Below are positions 1-11,687 of a stretch of DNA of 59,125 nucleotides, piece by piece; within the stretch, counting starts at the first letter, position 1; each line of letters starts with the position of its first letter. The notes below the pieces were generated by a model. That model saw nothing but the letters and a program-made list of their open reading frames with translations, made no database searches and had not been told where the DNA came from. The position numbers and the translations under genes were made by a program. Origin of the DNA: Octopus bimaculoides (Eukaryota); NCBI RefSeq assembly GCF_001194135.2, contig NC_068999.1, positions 31,504,798 through 31,563,922 on the forward strand, given 5' to 3'.

Positions 1-85
1 GTCCTGGTGTCGGTTTGCTCGACTAAAGGCGGTGCTCCAGCATGGTCGCAGTCAAATGATTGAAATAAGTAAAAAGAGTAAAAGG
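1..85 (+). mobile_element. 3' end of tRNA-SINE family S1
   Basis: GTCGGTTTGCTCGACTAAAGGCGGTGCTCCAGCATGGTCGCAGTCAAATGATTGAAATAAGTAAAA; the same tail recurs at ~13150-13240, 37055-37110 (-) and 39360-39430. Confidence 0.75.
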
Positions 86-86
86 A

Positions 87-87
<1 letters not shown>

Positions 88-142
<55 letters not shown>

Positions 143-240
143 ATGTACATTTATAAGTGTGTGTACGTATATATGTATACATATATACAGAACAAGTGAG
201 TGAGTAAGAGAGTGAGAAAGAGAAAGAGAGAGAGAAAGAA
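88..240. repeat. Compound (TA)n/(TG)n/(GA)n microsatellite
   Basis: Directly visible dinucleotide runs. Confidence 0.9.
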
Positions 241-269
241 TTAGGCTAAATTCTCAAGTGTCAGACACT

Positions 270-327
270 GTTGCTATAGTAACAAGATATGACGTCAAAT
301 GGCCGCCATGTAGCCTAAGACGGAAGT
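270..327. promoter_or_regulatory. Promoter-like motif cluster: RFX X-box, CRE, YY1-like, ETS
   Basis: GTTGCTATAGTAAC (270-283), TGACGTCA (290-297), AATGGCCGCCAT (298-309) and CGGAAGT (321-327) within 58 bp of non-repeat sequence. Confidence 0.5.
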
Positions 328-1067
328 TTCGTTGACTTTCAGTGAATTATAAAAATGATTTTGCTTCCAGAATATTTGGATCAGTTTAACTGGTCAATGT
401 TTTCGTCGTCGTCGTCGTCGTCGTTGTCGTGGTTGTTTTTTTAGCGCACATCATCCCCAATCAAAATGACTTACAATCAAAAGCGTCCAAACCTTCACCA
501 GCCTGTTTGTATATCAAGGACTACATTATCAACGTGTCTTTCATATATTTTAAGATGGTAAAGTGAGATCTGTGGTAAATTGACTCTTATTTCTAGAAGG
601 CCAAGGGACTATTCAGGCAATCTTCATATCACATGTATACTCTTCTATATCTCAGCCACGTAAAACGGACGTAAAACAGTTAATTTCAGCAGAATTTAAA
701 ATGGGAACTTAAAGTATTTTGATCCATTTTTCTGTTACTTGAAGAACTCTAACCCATGCCATAGCATAATCCTGTGCGGAGTTGTGAAAACTGACATACG
801 AGGAACGACTTGGTGAATTGTGATATATCACTATATCCATTGTGACATATCACTATATCATTAGTCTCAGTGAACATGAATGATATGGAATGAAACGACC
901 TTTGAGATGTCAGTATCTATAGAAATAATATACTACAATAGTAAAACTTTCTATCAATGAACAGAATTTACTTCAACAGCGTAAGCGTATAACATGGTTT
1001 TCTTAAACTCTGTATAAGTGCCTGCATTGCTTGGACGTTAACTGAAATTTTAGTAATAATTATAAGA

Positions 1068-1250
1068 ATTGTTTCTAATTTAGACACTAGACCAGCATTT
1101 TTGGTAGGAGAAGTTTAGCGGATTACGTTAATCCTAATAACTGATACTAGTCTTTCATTTTGTCGAACACGGAAGGATGAAAGTCAATGTCGAACTCGGT
1201 GGAATTTGAACTCGGAACCTTAAGATCCGGAAGAAATACCGCAAATCCAC
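1068..1250 (-). mobile_element. tRNA-SINE family S2, decayed
   Basis: The reverse complement matches the body of the S2 copy at 31146-31445 (GGATGAAAGTCAATGTCGAACTCGGTGGAATTTGAACTC on +). Confidence 0.65.
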
Positions 1251-1309
1251 ATCCCTTAACAATAACAACAGCAATTAGCCACCTCCTCCAACATTTTCGG
1301 CCTTGTGCC

Positions 1310-1310
<1 letters not shown>

Positions 1311-1382
<72 letters not shown>
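1311..1382. repeat. (AAT)n microsatellite
   Basis: Pure AAT run; the source of the poly-N ORF 1187..1441. Confidence 0.95.
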
Positions 1383-1384
1383 GT

Positions 1385-1930
1385 AACGATGCCCTGATAC
1401 AGTACCACGCACTGGCTCGTATGGCTTCTGATCTTAACTGATTGGAAGTGTTACCATGTACATGTTTTGTCTTAGTATAAAAGATGGGCTACAACAAATA
1501 TTCTGCTCAATACTACAAATTTGCTTGTCAGTTGTTTGATCTTAACCAGTTGAGCTTTCCCTTAGTGGCTGATGACATGTGCATCTCTGATCACAAGCAG
1601 GAGTAGTGGGAGAGTATCATAGCCATGTATTGAGAAGGAATCCTTGGGGTTTGAATTATTCACCTCTGGAAACGTGTGTTTCGTTCAACATCCTTAAGCA
1701 AACCTTATTCCGGAATCTTTTGAGTGGTATGGGTTATTCGACTTGAGAAAAATTCTAACTGGACCCCTACTTGCAAGGTCATGCACTGTTTATCTTGATA
1801 TTAGATCACCATGTCGCGGATGTATATGTTTCTGATGCATGTGCCTGTGACGGATAGTGATGGTGGGTACACTAGACTTCATATATTTGCACTCCAGTGT
1901 CACTTTGATGGCATGCGCTGCTTTGTCACT
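1385..1930. mobile_element. Unclassified interspersed repeat between two (AAT)n arrays
   Basis: Non-coding, more GC-rich block bounded by AAT arrays. Repeat status is inferred; no family motif was identified. Confidence 0.3.
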
Positions 1931-1931
1931 C

Positions 1932-1972
<41 letters not shown>

Positions 1973-1974
<2 letters not shown>

Positions 1975-3150
1975 GAGAGAGAAATGAAGAAAATGGACCC
2001 CAAGAGGCAAAAGTGAGAAATGAACAAAATGGGATCCAAAACCAGAAAATGTTGACAGTACACGGAGCCTTCCATCCTAAGAGTGACACCTATAGGCTGT
2101 ACTTGTCCAGAAGAAAGGATGGGAGAGGTTTGATCAGTCGCCAGTACTGTACCGAAGCAGAAATAAACAGCCTAGGGTGGTATATAAAATATGCTGTGGA
2201 GTCACTGTTGAAACACACAAAGAAGGCCGGCGTCATCAAAACTGAAAATTGTTTAATGAAAGAAAAATTTAAACAAGAAATGAACAAAAAAAAAAAAAGA
2301 AAAGTAAAGGTACGGAAGGGGAAAAAAGTACGGTCAGTTTGCAAGTGATGTGAGTGCCAAGACAGATACAGTGCACCGGTGGCTATGGATGAGGAGAAAT
2401 GACCTGAAGATAGAGACAGAAGCACTCATATGCACATCTCAGGAACAAGCGTTAAGGACCAATTATATGAAGTGAAAAATTAACAACACTACCGATAGCG
2501 GTAAATACAGAATGTGTGGTGAGAGGTGTGAAATGGTATGGCACATCATTAGCAAATGCCCGAAATTGGCATAACGCGAATACAAACGGCACCATGACAA
2601 TGTGGCAAGAATAATCCATGGGAGTTCTGTGGAAATCACGGCCTACAAAGAACAAAGTTGTGGTATGAACAAATCCCAAGAGTCACCGAAAATGAGAACT
2701 GCAAAATCCTGTGGGGTATAATGATCCAGTACGATCGCCTGAACAGACATACAAAATCAGACATTGTTGTGGTGAATAAAAAAGAAATAACATGTATGAT
2801 TATCGACATAGCATGCCCTGGTGACAACAGGATCAATGTGAAAGAAGAAAAAACTATGATGATTTTAAAGTGGGAAATATGAAGGTCGTGGTCAATGAAG
2901 AGAGTAGACGCTATACCTATAGTAATTGGTGCACTTGGAATTATCAGCACTCAACTATCAACATGGCTGAAAAAGATCGATGCAAGTGTGAAGGTAGAAC
3001 ACCTACAAAAATCAGCATTGCTTGGAACTGCAAGAATTCTTTGCACGGTTTTTAAAGCATGACCAGTAAACAAGTGTCACCTTAGTCTGCTGGCTGTGGA
3101 CATCTGAGACTTTCCATCATACCCAGCAAAATAAGCTGTGAGTTTTCATA
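1973..3150 (+). mobile_element. R4/Dong-like RLE LINE, 5'-truncated and frameshifted (post-RT region, CCHC finger, PD-(D/E)xK endonuclease, 3' UTR)
   Basis: KMLTVHGAFHPKSDTYRLYLSRRKDGRGLIS; ETEALICTSQEQALRTN; CGERCEMVWHIISKCP; SDIVVVNKKEITCMIIDIACPGD; IPIVIGALG...LQKSALLGTARIL. (AAT)n at the 5' end and AAT/GAT-like repeats at the 3' end. Confidence 0.85.
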
Positions 3151-3167
3151 TAGTAGTAATAATGATG

Positions 3168-4390
3168 ATTTCTTTAATTTGTCACCAGGGTGAAGGATGA
3201 AGGGGACAATACAAAGACATAAAGTGTGGGGATTTACATATAATGGAATAAAATAAAAAGTATACACGGTATACATTAGAAGGAAAGTATACATAGTATA
3301 CACTAGAAAAAAAAATGTGATCGTTATGGGATCCCACTCATTCAGGAGGACCTCCATGGATGATCAAGGACCCCCACCATCCAAGATCACTCTGAGTACC
3401 AAGGACGAGAGCCCACTCCAACTTCTTTCCTCTGACTCACAAGTGTACACTGAGAGTGGTGCCATCCACTCTTGCCATTTTCGAAAATTTCACCCACCTT
3501 TTCATAATGTCACTCGAGTACAGTACCTCCCTCCCAACATTCCTTTTCAAGTGAAACTTGAAAAAGTCGATGAGGGCTTTACCAAAGAGGAAATTTTCTG
3601 TCCTCATTCCTTTCAGCCTTGTCCACAAGATAACTTCTTTCGCCACAGCCACCAGACAAAAGAAAAGGAGAGCGACGGGGCAATCATCATTATGGACTCG
3701 GACGACAGACGGATCTGTCCTAATCGCGACAGCAGCTGTTCGACATAACTCCACAAGTCAGTAATGTTCGAATACTGAACGAGTGCATGCAGAGCGGTTT
3801 CGTCGCTCTGCAAGCACTTCGGACCAGCCTGTCTGACAGCGCCTCCGTGCCTGTAGAGTTTATCTCGAACCGGTAGCACAGCCAGGTTGGAAATTATCCA
3901 CAACAGTCCCTGACTGGAAAGTCCTCCGGAATAGACTTGTCAGTTCGTCTTAGTCGACGTTTAGGGTCTCTCCGGGGACCCAGTCGCTCTTCCTGCTACT
4001 AACCGTCTGTAAATATCTAAAGTGGAACATGCACCGATCCTATTGCCCGACTTGTAGAGGACAGTGAGCGCCTGACGACATTCTAAGGGCCAGACAACCA
4101 GTCTTGGCCTATCATTTACCCAGGACTGCAGCTACGTCAAGGAGATGTCAGAAACATCTACATAATATCCCAGGAGAACCATGTCTCAGAGAAATCTAAA
4201 AGATTGTGCTGAAAAGTACTGCCCACATCCTTAGAAAAACCTTATCCATATAAGTGTCTGTACTGTATTACATAAAGATATTTCCTTACTGCCCTACCAC
4301 TTCCCCTCCCCAAGCTTTCAGTCATACTGTAACATCTCTTATCTTTCACTGGCCCTAAGACGCTGGGTGTGTCTCGGCAAGTGGTTGTAA
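3168..4390 (-). mobile_element. Tx1-clade (L1 group) LINE, 5'-truncated 3' fragment with 3' UTR
   Basis: LPVRDKLYRHG...ETALHALVQ...LWSYVEQLLSR (zf-RVT-like); FCLVAVAKEVILWTRLKG...FFKFHLKR...RWVKFSKMARVDGT. Homologous to 48300-49604. Confidence 0.8.
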
Positions 4391-4411
4391 CAAATTTGCA
4401 GATTAAAAGTA

Positions 4412-4476
<65 letters not shown>

Positions 4477-4495
4477 TAATAATAATAATAATAAT
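4391..4495. repeat. (AAT)n microsatellite
   Basis: Direct; the source of the poly-Y ORF 4242..4499. Confidence 0.95.
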
Positions 4496-4990
4496 CCATT
4501 TAGATCAGGACAAGGAAATTGGATGAAATATTATTATCGAGGAATACTCGGAAAAGAAGTGTCGCGTGATCGAAACGTCAATTCCAAGAGACGACAATGT
4601 ATTTCAAACAGAAATTGAGAAATTTTTCGCATATAAAAGTGTGGAAGTAGAAATGGGAACTGAAAACAAATAATCTCTATAGTAATGGGTACATTAGGAA
4701 TTATTGAAAAGATTCGGTCGAATAAATAACAAAAACTCCCGTACTTAGGCATATATACGCAATATAGAGAAATACCGTTACTAGACACTGCACACACATA
4801 GTACATAGAATAACCTGGGACTTATATTCATTGAAAATAAACACTAGTTGCTACTGTACATATATTGCGCAAAGCATTGCTAATACAACTGAAAACAACA
4901 ACACCAAGACAAACCATTGTATATATCCAATGCACACAGCGCTGTGTTCAGTTGTGCAATGAAACATACAATATAAACAAAACTTCTGAA
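4496..4990 (+). mobile_element. R4/Dong-like LINE, RLE C-terminal fragment (family B)
   Basis: Decayed IIIEEYSEKKCRVIETSIPRDDN...IVMGTLGII...LLDTAH, then VHILRKALLI (4855-4885). The 3' UTR resembles that of 46540-47900. Confidence 0.65.
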
Positions 4991-5107
4991 TAACAACGAC
5001 AACAATAAAAATAATAATGATGATGATGATGATGATCGTCATCATCATCATAATAATAGTAATAATAATATCAATAATAATTATAATAACAACAATATCA
5101 ATAATAA

Positions 5108-6260
5108 GAGGAGTGTTAGAAAGATTCTAAAACCAATGCTCAACAGTCTGAATATGAATACTGCTATAAACGCCAGAGCAATATCAGTGATCAGATATAT
5201 AGCGCAGGCGTCATTAAATGTACAAAGAAAGGATTGGAGAGCGAGGAAACCGATGACAATCTACAAAGTACTTCGACCTCAATCTGATGTAGAAAGGCTA
5301 CTTGTGAAACAGAGCAAAGCGGAAAGAGACCGTCAAAGTATACAAATAATCTCCAAAAACATACTGGGATAAGCAGTGAAGAACCTTTAAAGCAGCAGCA
5401 GCAGAGTCCTTACTCAGTGCAAAAAAAGAGAAAAGCCAAACAGGTGTAGAGAAAAAAAACCCTTCATGAACAGTTTTACAATGTCACAGAAAACGATCGC
5501 GACTGCAAAACATGAGATTGGCTGAAGAGAGACGGCCTAAAATAAGACACCGAAGGGTTGATCAGCACAAGATCAAGTTCTTAGGATAAGACACATGAGA
5601 AAAGTGATACACGTCGATGAAAAGTGATAAACGCCGATGAAAAGTGTAGACTCAGAAATACATGGGACGAGACAGTCGAACATATAATAGATGAGTGCTC
5701 GAAATCTGCAAATTGTGACAAGAAGTGAACTATACTTCGCTGCAGCTATCCTTCACTAGAAACTTTGCCAAAATTTCAACATCGGTTCTCCCGAAAGACG
5801 GCACGAACACAAAGCGGAAAAGATACGAGAGAATGACAAAGTGAAGATACTGCGAGCTTTAGCGATACAGACCAACAACACAGTCAAAATTTCTAGACCC
5901 GACATGGTCATCTTATAAATGGGAAAGAGAACCTGTCTGTTGATAGATGTGCCATATTCCTTCCGTACCACAGTGAGTGAAACGGAGACAGATAAGACTG
6001 ATAAGTAGTAAGACTGGCAGATTGGAATTACAGGAAGGTTTGTGTAATACCTATCATTGTAAGATCACTCGGTAGAATGACCATCATATTGAGAGTATTG
6101 ATGAAGAAGAACGTGTTTGAAGTCAATACAACACTACTTCAAAAACCGTGTTTATTAGGGGCAGTGAGAACATAAGAAGATTCCCAGATACCTGAGATCA
6201 CAAGAAGTGACACGATAACAAGAAAATGCATCAGCCAAATCCCACCTGTAAAGCCGTGAT
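5108..6260 (+). mobile_element. R4/Dong-like LINE 3' fragment
   Basis: VRKILKPMLNS...AINARAISVIRY; IYKVLRPQSDVERL; ETVEHIIDECS; ENDKVKILRALAIQTNNTVKISRPDMVI...CLLIDVP. Confidence 0.8.
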
Positions 6261-6261
6261 A

Positions 6262-6345
6262 AGGAGGATGATGATGATGATGATGATGAGGAGGAGGAAA
6301 AGGAGGAGGTCGACGACAACAAGGAAAAGGAGGAGGACGAGGAAA
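6262..6345. repeat. (GAT)n/(GAG)n low-complexity tract
   Basis: Direct. Confidence 0.85.
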
Positions 6346-6900
6346 GAATGCTATCGTTGAGTTAGAGCTATCCTAAAACTCGAACTTAAAGCGAGAAACA
6401 GGATTGATGCCATCAATATCTTGGCTATACCTGTAGTGATTAACAACTTTAATATCATAAAATAGTCCATCAATATAAGTAAAATTAATACAAAAATACA
6501 CAAATTTCTGACTACATGCATTACCTGTTAGTAGATGTAAACAGATTAAAACATCTCACGAAAAGATGGAGGACGTGGGCTGATGTAGCCGCATAGCCTC
6601 TGAAGACAACGGATTTAGGGTTATACAACTACCTACAGAAAACTACTGACTGCATATTTGAACTTGTCAGCAAGTATAAAAAGTGCTAAGAAATCACACT
6701 GATATCCAGAAAAGCAAAGAAATATATAAAGGAATTAAAGATCAGCGAGATCGAGGACCAGCTACAAGACATAGACGAACAATCTGTGGAAATACAACAA
6801 GTACAAGCAAAATGAAATGGAATCTCAGAGCTGCATAATAGATGGTAAAGTAAGGTATTACATGCTAAATGTTCTACGTCCAATGCAAAAGATGACAGAT
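6345..6900 (+). mobile_element. R4/Dong-like LINE, post-RT fragment
   Basis: ECYR*VRAILKLELKARNRIDAINILAIPVV; RKDGGRGLM. Confidence 0.75.
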
Positions 6901-7989
6901 TCGTCGTCGTCGAAGTATCTGTGGTTATGATATCATTCAAGTTGAATGAGAATTAACATAACCGAAATCATTTGACAGACCAGTGTGTTCGAGTTAGGGT
7001 TTATAATTCCAGAATTAATTTATAGAAATTATAATGTATTGCGCCCTACAGTTTATAGAAAGTATAATGTATGCTCTTATATAGAAGCCTTTTTACCTTA
7101 ATCCATGCAGACCCAATAACAGCATCCATTCCAAATGCTAAACTTTGTTATTCTATTTAAAATATCGCTGAAATAGTGAAAACTGATCAATAATGGAATC
7201 CGAATTCTTCACTTGAAAGCATCATATAATAACTTGCTCAAGCTACTCTCTTGACTAGCCCTATAGCGAGACTTACCGCTTCGAGAAATTTGGGAAAGAT
7301 AAAAGCTGTCTCCTTTAGAGCGAATTCTAAACATTAGCATGTGGAGTGAAACACTTGTGAAGAAAAACATTGCTGCATATTCGTGAAATAACCGAACAAT
7401 CAAGAGTTTTACTGGGAGCATTATGCATTATAGTCTATTTAGAGTCAGAGTTATTTCGTTTCGGAATGCAATTAATGCATATTTTTGCATTTGGTTGCTT
7501 ATCAAAGGCCGGTGCCTGCAGCTAATGTGATGAAGATTTGCTTGATATGAATCTAACAGCAGGAATTTAATCTATGTGAGAACAGAAAAGAAATTATCTC
7601 AGTGAGGAATCAATATATGTATGCCGTGTAAAACTGGTCGCTGTTCTATGCGAGTTACTGTATCAAGGAGATGAGATTTTGGTGAATGAGAAGCAGGATA
7701 ACTTTAGAGGATGGTCGAATCTAACTTCATTATATTGACACGAGCATTCAGATTTAGAATGGTGAAGACTTTGGCTCCATTCTTCAGAACACGAGCGATA
7801 TGACAATGAAGTGGAGAGCTGCTACAGTGATGCATAAATGTTGTGGAAAACTGCTACAGTGATAGATATATGTGTTGTAAAATAGCTGCAGTAGGGATCA
7901 GTGCAGTGGAATGACTGCTACAGAAAGGCATGAAAAATACAGTAATAAAGGTAATGATAATGATAATGCTAATAATAATAATCATAAGA

Positions 7990-9420
7990 ACACCAGGATG
8001 CTTTGATGATGAACATGGCAGGCTGCTAGTGAATAGCTACGATATATATCCTCTAAAAACGAATATATACGAAGAATTAAACCGTAAAATTTGTGGGTAT
8101 TTACCGAATATAATCAATGTATTATGAATATTCATACCAGCCGGCATGTATGAATGTTCGTACTGACTGAAGTATCAAACCGATTTAGTTCTTCCTTCAC
8201 CATTAAGAAAATGATAAACAATACAAATAAAAACCGTATGATTAAGCCCAATTCTAAAAAATGGAATGCATACCTTGAGCATAAGGCATAACAAATATGG
8301 AAAAGAAAAGTGTAAAATTTGACCTAATCAAAAGCAAACCGAAACCCGGCAAAAATAATAATCCAAATAAAATACCCAATTTTACTCCACCAGGTCCATG
8401 AATGAAAAAGGAAAATGCTGAAATGAACATGGGATAAATGCTTTTCTCTACCTCAAAAGTGAAACTATGTCAATTTTGTCATATCAAATATGAAAAAATA
8501 AATAATGTTAGATCTTATTTGCTAACGTAAGAAGTTAAATTTTAAGTCAAACAGGAAATCGAAGTAGAAATCATAGAAACCGTTACGAAAACATAAATAG
8601 GAAGCAAGAAAAAAAGTTGAACAAAGCATAAAACAACACAAGCAGAAATATGATTAAAATTTTCTGAATAGGAACTTCTAACGATAAAAATTATAAAAAT
8701 GTCAATAATCTAAACATGAACATGACAATAATCTAAAGTGAAGATAATTTTAAAAAAACTAAACCGATAGTGAGGTATCCCTCTGGACCCATGAAATACC
8801 TTCGAGGAATAAAACTCAACAATAAACTCCAACAACAGACGTATTTAATTTTGGCGATCGCTTGCTTAATGTAAAATGGACACGAGCATCAATATCACTA
8901 GATTACACGAAATAGTATATAGAACTATATTTACAATGGAAAGGGGGTACTCCCTCATATATTTATGTTCCCTATGTATGAATATCAAAACCTAAACAAA
9001 CAAACAAACAAACGAAAAGCAAAGTTACAGTTAGAAAATAAGAGAAATAGTATATCCGTCTTCAATGAAATGAATAAGGAAACGACACAGCCGGGAAAAG
9101 GGTACAAATATTATGGAAATATAAAAACAAAATATAGGATATGAAAGGGTACAAACTTCGCAACTTAGTAAGTTGCGAAGAATTCTTTTGTATGAAAGCA
9201 ACAACGATTATTTGTACTAAACAAACAATTCGACTCCGGCCCCAAACTACTTTACCTAAGTTACGTAAAATAAAAGTAAATGAAGACTGGAATAATTGCG
9301 GTACCAGCTGCAAAAGAAGCGGAAGTATTCTGGGAGACGGGTAAACATGGTAGAAATCACGACAGATGATAATGTTAAAAACAATGAAAACATCACCTAA
9401 TCAGATATTACATCGTAATA
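7990..9420 (+). mobile_element. Putative heavily decayed N-terminal part of an R4/Dong-like ORF
   Basis: A-rich block following AAT-like repeats. RLRPQTTLPKLRKIK (~9232-9276) and VPAAKEAEVFWE (~9300-9340) recall the LPKL and PxxEExExFW motifs found upstream of the RT in this clade. Many stops. Confidence 0.4.
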
Positions 9421-9624
9421 TGTCGTACTCTTGTGATGTACACAAGTGAAAAAAGAACTGTTGTCAGTAACGACGACCATCACACGTGTTTACCCTACTC
9501 TGTATTTGGAGAATTCTGTATTACTGCACTTGCTGCGATATTCTTTAATTTTTAAAATTGTAGGTTAGAATTTGGGGCTGGTTTTGTAGGTCGAATGACG
9601 TGGTTGGTTTGTAGTAATAACAGT

Positions 9625-9806
9625 CACCATCGTCGTTGCTGTCGTCGTTGTCGTCGTCGTAGTAGTAGGGGTAGTAGTAGTTGTAGTAGTAGTTGTAGTA
9701 GCAGCAGCAGCAGCAGCAGCAGTAGAAGAAGAAGAAGAAGAAGAAGAAGAAGAAGAAGAAGAAGAAGAAGAAGAAGAAGAAGAAGAAGAAGAAGAAGAAG
9801 AAGAAA
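9625..9806. repeat. Compound (GTC)/(AGT)/(AGC)/(AAG)n microsatellite
   Basis: Direct; the source of the poly-R and poly-L ORFs. Confidence 0.95.
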
Positions 9807-10303
9807 GTGACGGTGAGAAATTTTACTTAACACCTGCCCTTCCGTTCTCAAGCAGGCCATTACTAAAAGGCATTCCATTTGTGGCCAACCGAAAATACCT
9901 ATGATCACTTTATTCAATGTTTATTTCCTACTTTTAGGACAATAGTGGGGGAATTAAAAGAGAAAGATTTGGTTGTTGTTTCTAGTAAATCCAAGGACTA
10001 CATAGAAGCTGCTTTATTGACTCGCGCATCTCCACTAACATTCTGTTGTCAACATTCTATCGATTTTCTAACACATGTTTACAAAAAGCTGGGAAGCACG
10101 GCTCTTTTATAATACACTTTATAATCACTCTATATAAAATTAAACAAAAAAATTACAAATGATTCAAAATGGCTGCCAGGTGAAATAACCTTTCGCTTCA
10201 TGAAAAGTGGCCTTTGAATTTACATAACAACTGTTTTGGAAATAAGGCAACTGGAGAAATAAAATAAGCATGGACAACGCAATAAAGGCGATCGTGTATA
10301 CAC

Positions 10304-10337
10304 ATCTACCTACCTACCTACCTACCTACCTACCTAC

Positions 10338-10410
<73 letters not shown>

Positions 10411-10430
10411 AGTATGTCTGTCTGTCTGTT
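10304..10430. repeat. Compound (TACC)/(TATC)/(TGTC)n microsatellite
   Basis: Direct. Confidence 0.95.
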
Positions 10431-11017
10431 TGTCATATATATATATGAAAGAAGGCTTGAAAATGCAATTTTAAAGATGTTTATTCACTTGACCGGCTTC
10501 ACTTTTTTAGAAAAAAGATTGTCAAAAGTAAAATGTAAAGCTCTGTATAAGCTTTGTTGTGTTAAGTACTAATTGTCACAAAAGTATTAAAATACATATA
10601 TACATTCTTTGATAATAATAAGAAAATGTTAAAAACAGTTTACAAGAAAGTATTCAACAAAAAGTATTGGGAGTTCAATAAAAATCATGTTTGTTTGGTA
10701 GTGTATATATGTATATATATATATATATCGTAACATATAATTGCCAGCCAAGTGTGGCGTCCTATNNNNNNNNNNNNNNNNNNNNNNNNNNNNNNNNNNN
10801 NNNNNNNNNNNNNNNNNNNNNNNNNNNNNNNNNNNNNNNNNNTATATATACACAGAAGGAGATATATTTCAGAATTTACAAAAAATTGGAGAGGAACCGA
10901 CCTGTCTTTTTGGTATTTTTTTGGAAAAAATGTGGGCCAGCCACATATACTTCACGATGTCGTGCTGCTACCTTTTACATCTCGCTCAGAGATTTATTAT
11001 TGCTATATATATATATA

Positions 11018-11540
11018 TATCGTAACATATAATTGCCAGCCAAGTGTGGCGTCCTATACGTAACAGTGCTACTGGCGTTTCTAGCCCCAGCAAAACATCG
11101 CTTCCAGCTGGCTAACGACACACATTCTGTGTCTGATTAGTATTTGCAACTGCTTACCTCTCGCTCAGAGATTTCATATAGCTTAATTCTCCTTTTTCGA
11201 GATCAGCGACGCTTCGTCGCTGGGAAAAGCATATAGTATTTTGCGAGTGGAGTGAGTTTATATCACTAGTTGGTGATTAACACACACTGAGGATGGGTAA
11301 CCAACCAAAATTTCGAGTCCGTTTGTATCACGTAAGGCTAGGGATGGGAGCGATGACCTCCCCTTGCAAATACTAATCGGGACACAGAATGTGTGTCGTT
11401 AGTCAACTGGAAACGATGTCTTGCTGGGGCTATAAACGCCAGTAGCACTGCCCCGTATAGGACGCCAAACTTGGTTGGCAATTATATGTTATGATTCCGT
11501 ATTGCTACTGTTTACATCTCACTCAGAGATTTAATATAGC
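11018..11540. mobile_element. Non-coding Penelope-like (pLTR-type) element with ~128-bp inverted arms
   Basis: Arms 11021-11148 and 11363-11490 are imperfect reverse complements. The arm is homologous to 28288-28420 and 29020-29140. The spacer holds a hammerhead-like motif and the hairpin CAGCGACG-CTT-CGTCGCTG (11204-11222). Confidence 0.6.
11282..11326 (+). ncRNA. Degenerate minimal type I hammerhead ribozyme motif
   Basis: ACACA-CTGAGGA-TGGG-TAACCA-ACCA-(G missing)AAA-TTTCGA-GTC-CGTTTGT. It occupies the same position relative to the shared arm as the 28463 and 29180 motifs. Confidence 0.45.
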
Positions 11541-11687
11541 TATGTGTGCTTTTTTTTTAAATGAAATGAAAGTATGAAGGAAACTTTCGATTAAAAGGTA
11601 TCGTTCACAAATGCTTTTAAATGACAAAAGATAAGGATAAGCGGTTCCTTGAAACTTTCGTTTCATATTTCAAAAGATATTCATTCG

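Noticed and set aside
8500-8820. LFAN and KYLRGIKL as decayed RT motifs, or a NUMT
   Set aside because: The spacing and flanking motifs do not fit an RT, and no mitochondrial gene was recognisable. Kept only as a low-confidence LINE N-terminus.
10716-11057. Duplicate of the first ~45 bp of the Penelope-like arm before the gap at 10766
   Set aside because: It lies directly against a gap, so a real tandem copy cannot be distinguished from mis-assembly.
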